Positions 36,431-47,690 of a stretch of 49,329 nucleotides of DNA are shown in pieces. This DNA comes from Octopus bimaculoides (taxonomy: Eukaryota), in contig NC_068985.1 in the NCBI RefSeq assembly GCF_001194135.2, positions 10,845,092-10,894,420 of the forward strand. The letters run 5' to 3'. The position numbers and the translations under genes are program-made. The notes below the pieces were generated by a model. That model was given only the letters and a program-made list of their open reading frames with translations. It made no database searches and was not told where the DNA came from. The stretch's first letter is position 1. Every line of letters starts with the position of its first letter.

Positions 36431-36775
36431 AATGCCATGAATGTCCCCCTTTCTCTAGTTCCTTTTGTGTTGATCTACGCCACTAGTTCTTAGACCTACC
36501 CCTCTTTCCATATCCATCCGGAATCCACTCTAAAGCACTTTTCGCTACATTTGCTGTGTCTTTTCTAATTGTGCTACCAATCCACTCCCACTTTTTCTTA
36601 AATATTTGCTCCCTAATCGAAACTTGATTCGTTCTTTACCATAGCTCCATATTGCCATCTAATTTTAAGTATACTACGCAAGAACCTGTTGATGAATGAC
36701 TGTATTTGCTTATTTGACTTAACTGTTGTTCGCCATGTCTCAGCCCCATACAATAACACCGCTTTTACGTAAGTG
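36430..36775 (-). mobile_element. RTE-clade LINE C-terminal fragment
   Basis: Reverse complement reads VKAVLLYGAETWRTTVKSNKQIQSFINRFLRSILKIRWQ, then shifted ELW*RTNQVSIREQIFKKKWEWIGSTIRKDTANVAKSALEWIPDGYGKRGRSKN*WRR. LLYGAETW and RGRPKxTW are RTE hallmarks. Confidence 0.9.
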
Positions 36776-37524
36776 TCAAAAATTCTTATTTTGTTCTTTA
36801 TATATATATATATATGTATATAAATGTGTGTGCAATATCAAAATGATAATGCAAACGTAACTCACATATCAACAAGACATGGCAAGTTACATAAAAAGTA
36901 AATGGTAAAAAAGTTGACCGCAACAAACTTACTAATGTATGATTGCTGACGTATGAATTTATATTCAAAAAACACCTTAGCGGATTAGACAATATGAATT
37001 GAAGCATTGGATATATTGTTCTTGAAAATGTAACTGTGAAGGTCTGCAGACTTTGAATGTGAATTTAGTACGTTGATTGTTCCAAAATAATTGGAAATGA
37101 AAGTAATTAGAATACAACGAAAATCTGAAATAAAATGAAGATAAAACTTGACCACAGTCTCGTATTTAACACAAAGCGCGTCGGGCCACGATCGTGGCTG
37201 TCAGGCACAGGTCGACAGGCCGCGGCCGTGCCCAGATAGTTGCATTTAATTTATGGGCGTTGGTTGGGGGTCTAATGTCACTCAAATGCCCCAACATCCC
37301 CCTGAATGCAATTAGACTAATAGTTCAACTAATGACTTTTCAGACGATGTAAAACTTGCACCATTAGATACTAAGAAGATATTTTAACTATTTTTTGTTT
37401 TTATGAGTGCATGGTAGTCTCATTTTCATAAAATATGCTCAGCAGTCCATGCTATGTAAGTGCAAATCCCAGCGCTTTATGGGTTAATGAAACATCCATA
37501 AAAGAAAAACTGCTAACCATATTT

Positions 37525-37581
<57 letters not shown>

Positions 37582-38601
37582 TTTATATGTGTGTAGGCGT
37601 GTTAGATTATACAGTTCATTATAAAATATATATTCTATTTCGGGTAATTCGGGTAATTATATAATTACAAAAAAAGAAAAGCTTAAACTAGGTAGAAAGA
37701 ACGAAATTAGAGAGAAGATGGATAAAAAGAACTACAGAAGTTTGATATAATCAAAAAATAAACGCAGTTAAATATAAACGAATATATATGAAGTATAAAT
37801 TGAATTCAGCAATGTTGCTGTTTCAAACTATATGAAATGATTCCAGTTAAATTGGAAAATAAGAATTTAGTGAATATATTTAGTTACAACTCGCTTAGAA
37901 AGAACGTGCTATTGATTTCAACATCAAAGGGTATCTGCTTGGTGGAGATTATATAAATACGAAAATCAAAAACGTGGTTGGTTTCTGTATCACTATGAAA
38001 AGACACTTTGAAAAATCAAATAACTTTCCCGACTGACAAAAGCAACATCGAATTTTTGAAACGGATACTGTCACCTTCATATGTATCAGCTGGAAACTGA
38101 ATTTAGTGCCACTCCAAACAAGTGATAAGTAAATAGACTAAAATTCAAAAGCAAGGTATAACATAAATGAGTGTATGTGTCTTATTATGTTTCGACAACG
38201 CAAAGCACATTATACGCTTCTGGCTAAATATGATGATGTTGCAACTGTGTACAAATGTACGTGTGTGTCTATAATACAAATGAAAGTATCGCTGTATATT
38301 CAAGTTAACAATACTAAATACATTTAAACATTATTGGAATATTTCTGCATTTAAATCATCCTTGTTCCAATTAAAAATAATTTTGTTTTATTTTCATTTG
38401 TTTCCAATTAAAATAATTTTTATTTTCAATTGTTTCTTCTCAACGGTTGTATTTAAATTTCTTCGTTTTCCCCATTCTCCAGATTTGGTTCTTTTGTCAT
38501 TTTTGCTTTGCGTCATTAGTGCCTCTTCGTGGGGAAAGGAATAAGAGTACTACATGCATACATACATACATACATACATACATATGCACGCATATATATG
38601 T

Positions 38602-38808
38602 TACCTCCGAGACATCAGACTCGGCAATGACATCCCGGTTTTGCGCCATTTCTGCTCTGCCGGTCATTCATTCCAATATCTGTCTGTGTTCGGACTGTCT
38701 TTGCACAGGGTTCATCCAGACTCCCGCCTTCGCCGTAAACAGAATTTAATCTTCTCTCTTCGCTCCTTTACTCCACATGGGCTCAACTCCTCTCCTCTCT
38801 TCACCTGA
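38602..38808 (+). mobile_element. Penelope GIY-YIG endonuclease C-terminal fragment
   Basis: YLRDIRLGNDIPVLRHFCSAGHSFQYLSVFGLSLHRVHPDSRLRRKQNLIFSLRSFTPHGLNS; the PVxxHF..H and GLN-terminal motifs of PLEs. Confidence 0.85.
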
Positions 38809-39114
38809 CTCCCCTCTTCTCTGCATCTGACACCTACTTCCTCCCTTCACTCCTACCTACCTCCTTTTTTCATTAATACCGCAATTAAGATAGACGTTTG
38901 ATTATGCCAGAAGACATTACGTATGACTAGATACCTTATTTTTTGGGCTCTCACTGTTCTTCGTTTACCTAATGTATTATTATAAATATATCCATTTACA
39001 TATATTAATGAATGTATGTATAAATGCATATATCTATGAGCATAAATATATATACATATAAACATAAATACATACATACATTTCTACAATATATTAACAG
39101 AATGAATAATTCTT

Positions 39115-39295
39115 TCTAATTTTAGCACACGGTCAGCAAATTTGTGGGTAGGATCGGCCCTATCACTTAACTAGTTCTGTAATTTATCGGCCCCGAAAGG
39201 ACAAGAGGCAAGGTTGACATCGGTGAGATTTGAACTCAGAATGTAAAGAGCCCGAATAAATATATCAACATATTTTTCCGAAGCTCCAGCAATAT
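39115..39295 (-). mobile_element. SINE family B, diverged copy
   Basis: GGCCCCGAAAGGACAAGAGGCAAGGTTGACATCGGTGAGATTTGAACTCAGAATG is the reverse complement of the family B B-box and core. Confidence 0.7.
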
Positions 39296-40221
39296 TGCTC
39301 GACCATCATTTCATAATTATCATTAATGAAATTAATAAAAGCAGATAGACCAATTACTTAGTCGTTCCTCTGTATCACTTTCCAAAACAACGTACAATTA
39401 CTCCTCATCTATATATAGGCCAATATACGTATATAACTATTGTATATTTGCTCAAACTCATCCTTATGCGATAGTGAAGGATGAAAAAAGGAGAATAAGA
39501 TATCAGTGAGACAAATAATTTCTTATAAAGGAAAGTAGACAAATGAAAAGCTAGAATGTATATAATATATTGAAGTAAGATTAATGTGAGAGACATCTGC
39601 ATTGAAAGTGAAAAGAAATATAAACGAAAGTTTGACAGGTGAAGAGAACTGCGAATAAAACTGAATAGAGGAAGTAAATATAAGAATTATTTGGAATTTA
39701 TATAGATATGGATACTTTGAAACGTGCGCTCACATATAAACTGATAGTGTTACCGGAGAAAAACCGTGAGATAACTAAAAGAATTAACTTATATACATAT
39801 AAAAATATCGCTCTAAGAAATTAAGAGGAGTCAGTAGAGAAGTGAAGGTAGAGGCAAGTATATATTTTATTTCTGGAATATATATTTTATTTCTAGATTT
39901 AAAAAGAGGGGTATTTTTAAGACACTGATGAAGAAGACGGAGCGGAAATAAAAGGTTAGAAGAGCAAATGTATAATCAAATAAAAGGAAGAAATGAGAAG
40001 CTGGTTGAGATGTATATTTGATGACGATATAGCGAATAGCTCAGATTGGTACTTAACAAAATGAAATAAAGTGACCTAGATAAGTGAATAGGGAAACCAA
40101 GTTTAAGTTTTCTTTCGAATTGTGAGTAGAAAAACTAGCTTAACAAAAATCTGAAATCTGTTTATGATATGCCTTTCAGCAACATTTAACAAATAAAGAG
40201 CTCTTAATATTATGGTGTGGC

Positions 40222-40345
40222 TTATTCTGCCGAGGTCGACTTAGCTTTTATCATTTCGGGATCGATGAAATAAGTTCCAGTTGAGCACTAATCGACAAGA
40301 TCCTATCACAGAAATTGCTGGCCCTGTGCCCAAAACTTGAAACTG
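40222..40345 (+). mobile_element. SINE family B, 5'-truncated
   Basis: TTCTGCCGAGGTCGACTTAGCTTTTATCATTTCGGGATCGATGAAATAAG..GTGCCCAAAACTTGAAA. Confidence 0.75.
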
Positions 40346-40387
40346 ATATTATGATGTGACTTAGGAAGAAAAAAATAATTAAAAAAT

Positions 40388-40515
<128 letters not shown>

Positions 40516-40735
40516 GATGGCAAGTTGGCAAAAGCGTTAGCACGCTGGACGAAATGCTTATTGGTACTCCACCGGTCGCTACATTCTGAGTTCAAATTCC
40601 TCCGAGGTCGACTTCGCCTTTCCTCTTTTCGTGGTCGATAAATTAAGTACCACTAAAGTACTGGGGTCGATGTAATCGATTTAACACCTCCCCTAAAAAT
40701 TACTGACCTTGTGTCAAAATTTGAAAGCATTATTA
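40516..40735 (+). mobile_element. SINE family B, full length
   Basis: GATGGCAAGTTGGCAAAAGCGTTAGCACGC..GAGTTCAAATTCC..GGTCGATAAATTAAGTACC..CTGGGGTCGATGTAATCGA..GTGTCAAAATTTGAAA. Confidence 0.88.
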
Positions 40736-41689
40736 TTCTTAAATGATCTGCTATATGCATATGATGACTATCGAGCTTACTGTCTACCGAATAAAAGCAA
40801 GAATCGTGATACACAATTTTTATTTCTAGCATTAGTTGATCAAATTAGCATCTTAGTTTCTGAAATAACAAGTCCCAACCTTCACCATTTTGAATTATAT
40901 TGGCGCTGTTTCGGTGCTGCTGGTCCTCTATCTGTAATTTCGTTCTCCAAGTTTACATTAATTGCTTAAATTCATTTCTATTTTTAGCATTTGTTCCCCT
41001 GTCAAGTTAACCCCAACAGATCACTTTTTATCATGATTGGATGTGGATTGGTAACAACAGTATACTTGAAGAATTGCTAGAGCATAGGTGAAAATGATTT
41101 ATTTCATTTAATTTCTGCATGTTATTCTAATTTCAAATGTTTATTAAGTTAACTTTGAATTTCAGACCTTAGTACTAATCAGAAATCGATATCATAAACG
41201 AATTATTCCCCACCAATAATCAAAACAATAAAAATCAACTTGATTGTTTGTTGAAATCATAAAAATTATTCTGCATTTATTGGAGGCATTTTTCACTTAG
41301 TTTTCATTAAATATCTGCTGATATCTTGCATCCTATTTTTATGCTCCCTAATGTGTACTAAATAACGATAAATTCCCAAGTGAATATGCTAGCATCAGCC
41401 AAAAGCAATCAAAAGCCATGTTTTTCCCAAATCGTTTCCTATTTCAAAACGCAGATTATTCAAACAAATGAGAAAATAATAGGAAACGTTATCTTATGTA
41501 CAAGAATAATCCATCTTAGAATAGCGGACATATTTTTCCATAATTTAAAAGAAATTAAATATCAATATATTTGTCTTTATAAAGACAAATGCATGTCCAG
41601 ATACCAACAATAATTCTATTTTTCTTTTATATATCCGCGACAGGATAATCATCCAACACAGTGGCGATCGATAATCTGGATAATTTGGA

Positions 41690-42068
41690 TTTCCAGTTTT
41701 GGCACACGGCCAGCAAGTTCCGGTGAGGAGAAGACGATTGGATTGATCCCGGTGTTCAATTGGTACATGTTTTATCGACCTCTAAATTTTAGAGGTCGAT
41801 AAAATAAGTATCAGTTGAGTACTGGGGCCGATGTAATTGACCTACCCCATCCCTTGAAATCGCTGGCTTTATGCCAAAATTTGAAGCCAGTTTTATTTTG
41901 CTTTTAAGGCGGTGATCTGGCAGAATCATTAACACGCTGAGGTCGTCTTTGCCTTTCATCATTTCGGGAGCACCGGGGTCGAACAAATATGTACCAGTTG
42001 TACACTGGGGTCAATTCAATCAACTACCCGCCCCCGAACTTACTGGCCGTGGGCCAAAATTTGAAATC
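41690..42068. mobile_element. Cluster of SINE family B fragments: a head-to-head fold-back pair (41690-41885) and an internally deleted copy (41907-42068)
   Basis: Perfect palindrome TTTTATCGACCTCTAAA-T-TTTAGAGGTCGATAAAA at 41770-41804. In the next copy the GGCGGTGATCTGGCAGAATC head is fused directly to the core. Confidence 0.82.
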
Positions 42069-42788
42069 AAATTGTATGGTTCTACCAAGGCCATATATAA
42101 TACCAAATGACAAGCTTTTGTTGCATTTTGTCATCATCTCTGCTTGTGTCAAATTTATTTAGCTCTGTGGAGTTAGTGGAATGGCATAAATCCATCATTC
42201 TAAGTAAAAACAAACTGAAATAGAAGAATGATATATTGACTTGTTGTACAGGATAGGAAATCAGAGAAGATAAACCCCAGAGAATTGGAGTTTATGTAAT
42301 TCGCAGAAACTATCCTTGATAATCTGGGATTACAAGAAATTGATATTTTTAATTATCTAAAATCCCTGCGCCATTAAATCGGAATTCTGCAACAATCTGT
42401 ATCGTTTAAAATAATATGATACGTGAGAAGAATGCTGAAAATATATCTGTCTTTCTCATCATTTTATCTACAAAACATAGGTCTACTAGATATGGCACGT
42501 ATTTTCATAATCCTGATAGGCTGTAATTTTCATTTGTAAACATTAGTTCCTCTTAGATTTTAACGCCTTTGCGAAGCCTACCAGTGCCAGACAATCTCAT
42601 TATCGCTTTCGTATATTTCCCAAGAAAGAAATGATTTAATACAAATTATTTGAAGACTGTAGAAAAGGAATTCAATATGAACTAGATCAAAGATGTGTGA
42701 ACTAGATGATTGGCGTTGTGTGTGTGTGTGTTTGGTAAAGTAAATTGATTTGTCTATGCATACATTGATATCTGTGTACCCATTTATA

Positions 42789-43440
42789 TACGAGGTTTGA
42801 TCAATAAGTATCCGGACTGTTGCTAAAGTAACGAAGCTAAAGTACGCAGGGTAAAGACGCTTGGCAGAGATTGACCTTGAACAATGCTGTGCATGCGCAC
42901 TAAGATTTATCGTTCTAGCTCACTTCCATACTTTACAGCAGTACTTGGAAGGAAGGTGTATAGCGTGTGGTCGTCGCATTGACAATGACAGAGAAAGTTG
43001 AGCAGAGAATCTGCATCAAATTTTGCCAAAAGCTTGGCGATACTTGCTCAGAGGCCTATGAAAAGATTTCAGAAAGTTTTCATTATTCTCATCACAATCA
43101 AGGAGATCTTGCGCAACTGAAACCCAAGTTTCCTTTTAGTCAGCCGAAAGAAGTTTTAGCACAAAATTGGCAGACACGCATCTCATATCCAAATCGTAAG
43201 TAATTATGGACTGAAATGAATCGTAACTAATCTGGACATGCCCTGATAACTCACGGATGGTGACTTGATGATTTCCCCTCACAGCTGCACGCACATCTGC
43301 GATGGTTCTCTTAGTTATGCTGGTTGCGGTTCTTCCAGAAAGTTGGTCCATACCGACATGTTTCCGACGTCTGAAACACTCGTACACTTGTGTGCGGCTC
43401 ATACACTCCTCTCCATACAGTTTCTGCAACGTTTACAACT
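42789..43440 (+). mobile_element. Mariner 5' portion with a 364-bp internal inversion (43066-43429)
   Basis: Left end TA|CGAGGTTTGATCAATAAGTATCCGGACT. The + strand reads MTEKVEQRICIKFCQKLGDTCSEAYEK. The continuation LQKLYGEECMSRTQVYE..RCVSANFVLKLLSAD*KETWVSVAQDLLDCDENNENFLK is on the - strand. Confidence 0.92.
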
Positions 43441-43699
43441 AAGTGGTGTAAAAGATACTCAGTATTTATGAGGTTGGCTAGCACTTTCGCAGTGTTTGTG
43501 TCGTGTGCAGAGATGTTGCCTTCCTTTATAGTTTGGTGCTAACGTTTTTAAGCTGTCATGTGTGTATGGAAGTTTTATCATATGCGTTCTTAGTTTTCTA
43601 CTCAATGATATGTACGGATTGTTTTATTTTCGTCCTATAATTGTTAGGTAAGTATTTAGAAGGATGCCAAAGTCTTACCTGTTTGATGGTGCTTATTAA

Positions 43700-43880
43700 A
43701 TCAACTTCAGAGTAAATGGTTCTGGAGGTGGTCCGATCACACGGTATTTTCGCTAAATAGTTTTTAATATAAACCCGGACAGGGAAAGGTTTCGGGAGTA
43801 AAGTTTGGAGTTGAAAACGGAGCGGGATCTCGTTGTATATGAGTATGGGGGCGTGTATAAATGGCATTCCTATGGCATGT
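43700..43880 (-). mobile_element. Possible old CR1/L2/Jockey-group LINE C-terminal fragment
   Basis: Reverse complement FIHAPILIYNEIPLRFQLQTLLPKPFPVRVYIKNYLAKIPCDRT resembles the APxLYNxLP..F..L..YL..IPD.P tail seen at 6960-7100. Confidence 0.45.
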
Positions 43881-43933
43881 TTGCCTTCACTGTAAAATTG
43901 ATTCCATTCCAAATTTAAAATTCTATAATTATA

Positions 43934-44004
43934 GGCGTAGGAGTGGCTGTGTGGTAAGTAGCTTGCTTACCAACCACATGGTTCCGGGTTCAGTNNNNNN
44001 NNNN

Positions 44005-44042
<38 letters not shown>

Positions 44043-44310
44043 TATATGTGCGTGTGTGTGTGTGCGTGCGTGTGTGTCTGTGTGTCTGTGTGTGTCTGTG
44101 TGTATTTGTGTCTGTATTTGTCCCCCTACATCGCTTGACAACCGATGCTGGTGTGTTTGCGTCCATGTAACTTAGCGGTTCGGCAAAAAGTACCGATAGA
44201 ATAAGTACTAGGCTTTCAAAGAATAAGTCCTAGAGTCGACTTGCCCGACTAAAGGTGTTGCTCCAGCATGGCCGCAGTCAAATGCTTGAAACAAGCAAAA
44301 GAGTAAAAGT
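43934..44310 (+). mobile_element. SINE family A with an N gap replacing part of the head/core
   Basis: GGCGTAGGAGTGGCTGTGTGGTAAG head; GCTCCAGCATGGCCGCAGTC tail. Confidence 0.9.
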
Positions 44311-44915
44311 TTAATTATTTAATATATATAATTCAGTATTTTGCATTTTGTTATTGATCTCAATGGATTTATATCTAAGGTCATCGAAGTTCAGATCTTT
44401 TTAAACTTTCAGAACTAATGTTTGCCGAATGAAAGTTGTTCCTATAATACTTAATATCTACTTCTAAAATCTTTGTAAGAGATGAACGCAGTAGCTGTAC
44501 TGGCAAGTAACGCTTGTCGCCATTTCAAAAATCGCAATATATTAGATGCAGGCGTGCATCGTTAACCAGCTAGGGGAAATATCTTTTTGAGTGTTAAAAA
44601 ATCGCAGTAATGTCCGCTCAAACGAAGCAGCCATGTTGAAGTTGCGACAAAGGTAACTCAATATCTACTCTTCTCCATCATTACCTAGAGAAATTTGCTC
44701 AGTCTAAACAGTATTCTTGCCAAATAAAATTCTATTCAACTTCTAGACTTAGATGAAAATAAACTTTCCAACCCCCAGTATAAAATATTTCAGATCAGTC
44801 TCTTATTTTGTGGACAGTATTTTTATGTGAGAATGTCGCTTCTATGAAATTTATCGTCTGTGACTACAATAATTACAATATAATTAATTATATTTAATAT
44901 TGATAAAAATTTGGT

Positions 44916-44917
<2 letters not shown>

Positions 44918-44988
<71 letters not shown>
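44918..44988. repeat. (CTA)n trinucleotide microsatellite
   Basis: Direct reading. Confidence 0.96.
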
Positions 44989-45436
44989 GTATCAGATCAA
45001 TTGTTTAATCGTAAAATAATACGTCTGTGTTTCACAGTTTCGTAAACTAGACGCGTTTCATATCACAAGAATAATAAGATTAACATTTTATTTATTTAAT
45101 TTTTATTTTTTTCAAAATATAATAAATTCACTTTTTATTCTTCCAAAATGTATTCAATATTAATTTATGAAATTCATATCCACATTTTTAATGCTATTAA
45201 ATTTATAGCGGTATAATTACATTTCATCTTTTATAAGTTAGATCTTACTGTGCAAGAGAGATTTTCATTGTATGAAACGAACGTCAGTGTCAAACTTTCA
45301 TGTTAAGAAATTCTGTCGACATATTGATATGAACTGTCATCCCCAAATGATACTTCAGTTATATGAGGTGTAAATCTCAGAATGCATGTATTTAGTGTGT
45401 GACATTCTAAAGCTACATTTCAGATCTCTTGATCTC

Positions 45437-45755
45437 AGCTTGCTTGTCAACCACAAAGTTCCGGGCTCAGTCCCACTGCATGGCACATTGGGCAAGTGTC
45501 TTCTGCTATAGCCCCTGGCCGACTATAGTCTTGTGCATAGATTTGATTGATGGAAACTGAAAGAAGCTCTTCATATATATTTATTTGTGTGTGTGTGTGT
45601 TTGTGTGAGTGTGTGTGCGTGCGTGTATATATCTGTGTGTTTGTGTTCGTTCCTCACCATCTCTTGGCTACCGGTGCTGGTGTGTTTATTTCCCCGTAAC
45701 TTAGTGGTTCGGCAAAAGTGAATGATAGAATAAGTACTAGCTTACAAAGAATAAA
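45437..45755 (+). mobile_element. SINE family A, diverged and truncated at both ends
   Basis: AGCTTGCTT..GTTCCGGGCTCAGTCCCACTGC..GGGCAAGTGTCTTCT..GATAGAATAAGTACTAG. Confidence 0.82.
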
Positions 45756-45781
45756 AAATAGAAGAATTGATATATATATAA

Positions 45782-45823
<42 letters not shown>

Positions 45824-46810
45824 TAAAAGGATAAAGGATTATCAATTTATCAATTAATAAATCAATTAATAATTAATAATTTTTTACCAAGCCCATCGGT
45901 ATGAAAGCACCATTATTGGTGGAGAACTTATTCAAAAGCTCATATATATTTATAAATATAATTAAGGGATCAGCAAATATTTGCTTCACCATATACCGNN
46001 NNNNNNNNNNNNNNNNNNNNNNNNNNNNNNNNNNNNNNNNNNNNNNNNNNNNNNNNNNNNNNNNNNNNNNNNNNNNNNNNNNNNNNNNNNNNNNNNNNNN
46101 NNNNNNNNNNNNNNNNNNNNNNNNNNNNNNNNNNNNNNNNNNNNNNNNNNNNNNNNNNNNNNNNNNNNNNNNNNNNNNNNNNNNNNNNNNNNNNNNNNNN
46201 NNNNNNNNNNNNNNNNNNNNNNATATATATATATATATATATATATATATACTGTGTCATGGGTCTTCTCCCCGTGTATAAATCTTTATACATTCTTATA
46301 TATGAAAATATGTTGTCTTATGACTTTTCTTACGCATGCCAACCACTGGTAATACATTATTCTAATTTTCACCCGTATAATTTACACAGTAAAATCTTCT
46401 AATTCTGAGGCTGATAGTACGCAGTTTAAGTTTACTATTTGCTGCTGGCTCTGTGACTGACCTTGAGAACTTGATCTGAGTTCATAATGTATAAGGATGC
46501 AGCTTGCACGTGTTTTTTTTTTCGGTACGTATTAAACTACATAATTATTCATTGTTTTAGCGATCCCACTGATGAACTACAGATGATAAATTAATTCATT
46601 TGCTCATTAATAAGGCAACTCGAGTATGGGCTTAACTAATAATAATTCTTTCATTCTAGTACTGTTATCGGTGTGCCTTTAGAATTACTTTTTCCCTGGT
46701 TTGGATTTAACTGCCCCTTTTAGCAAGTAAGAAGTCCTGTCATGGGTCTTCTCTCTGTGTATAAATCTTTAAATACTCTTATATATGAGAATATATATAA
46801 ATATATGTGC

Positions 46811-46848
<38 letters not shown>

Positions 46849-47214
46849 ATTGTTGGCGATTTTCCTTCTTCTTTCTTTCTCGTTGGACTTCCTCTCTCCG
46901 ACGTTTGGCTATGCTCGAAACGTTAACAGCAACTCTCTTTTTCACAGAGTGTCAAATTAATATATTGCTTGTGCACGTCTTAATATTCGTTTTTTTTCTC
47001 CTTTTTTTCTCTCTTTTCTAATTGTTTATTCTTGAATTTACTATNNNNNNNNNNNNNNNNNNNNNNNNNNNNNNNNNNNNNNNNNNNNNNNNNNNNNNNN
47101 NNNNNNNNNNNNNNNNNNNNNNNNNNNNNNNNNNNNNNNNNNNNNNNNNNNNNNNNNNNNNNNNNNNNNNNNNNNNNNNNNNNNNNNNNNNNNNNNNNNN
47201 NNNNNNNNNNNNNN

Positions 47215-47243
47215 TATTATTATTATTATTATTATTATTGTTA

Positions 47244-47340
<97 letters not shown>

Positions 47341-47454
47341 TATTCAGGTCACTACATGGAATCGAACTAGGAATCTTGGGGTTAGTAGACGACGCTCTTA
47401 ATCCCAAGATTCCTAGTTCGATTCCAAGTAGTGACCCGAATAATAATAATGATG

Positions 47455-47527
<73 letters not shown>

Positions 47528-47690
47528 CATCGAAAATACCTTAGGAATGAGAATCCAGGTTCGAAATTTCCCCAAGACACCTAATGAAGCCTGGAGGGTA
47601 TATCAGCCAAAACGTCGAGTTAACAACAAACAAGATGAGGACAAATATACATCAAATCTAAATAACGTAAATAATGTAAACGTCTATAAA
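47215..47690 (+). mobile_element. Family E element: tRNA-derived head (duplicated as a fold-back), (TAA)n spacer, and 3' minimal hammerhead-like motif
   Basis: B box AGTTCGATTCC at about 47416; (TAA)n at 47439-47525; GACAC-CTAATGA-A-GCCTG-GAGGGTATAT-CAGCC-AAAAC-GTC-GAGTT at 47576-47621. Confidence 0.75.

Noticed and set aside
45040-45062. GAAACGCGTC half-motif on the minus strand
   Set aside because: No CUGANGA or stem II upstream.
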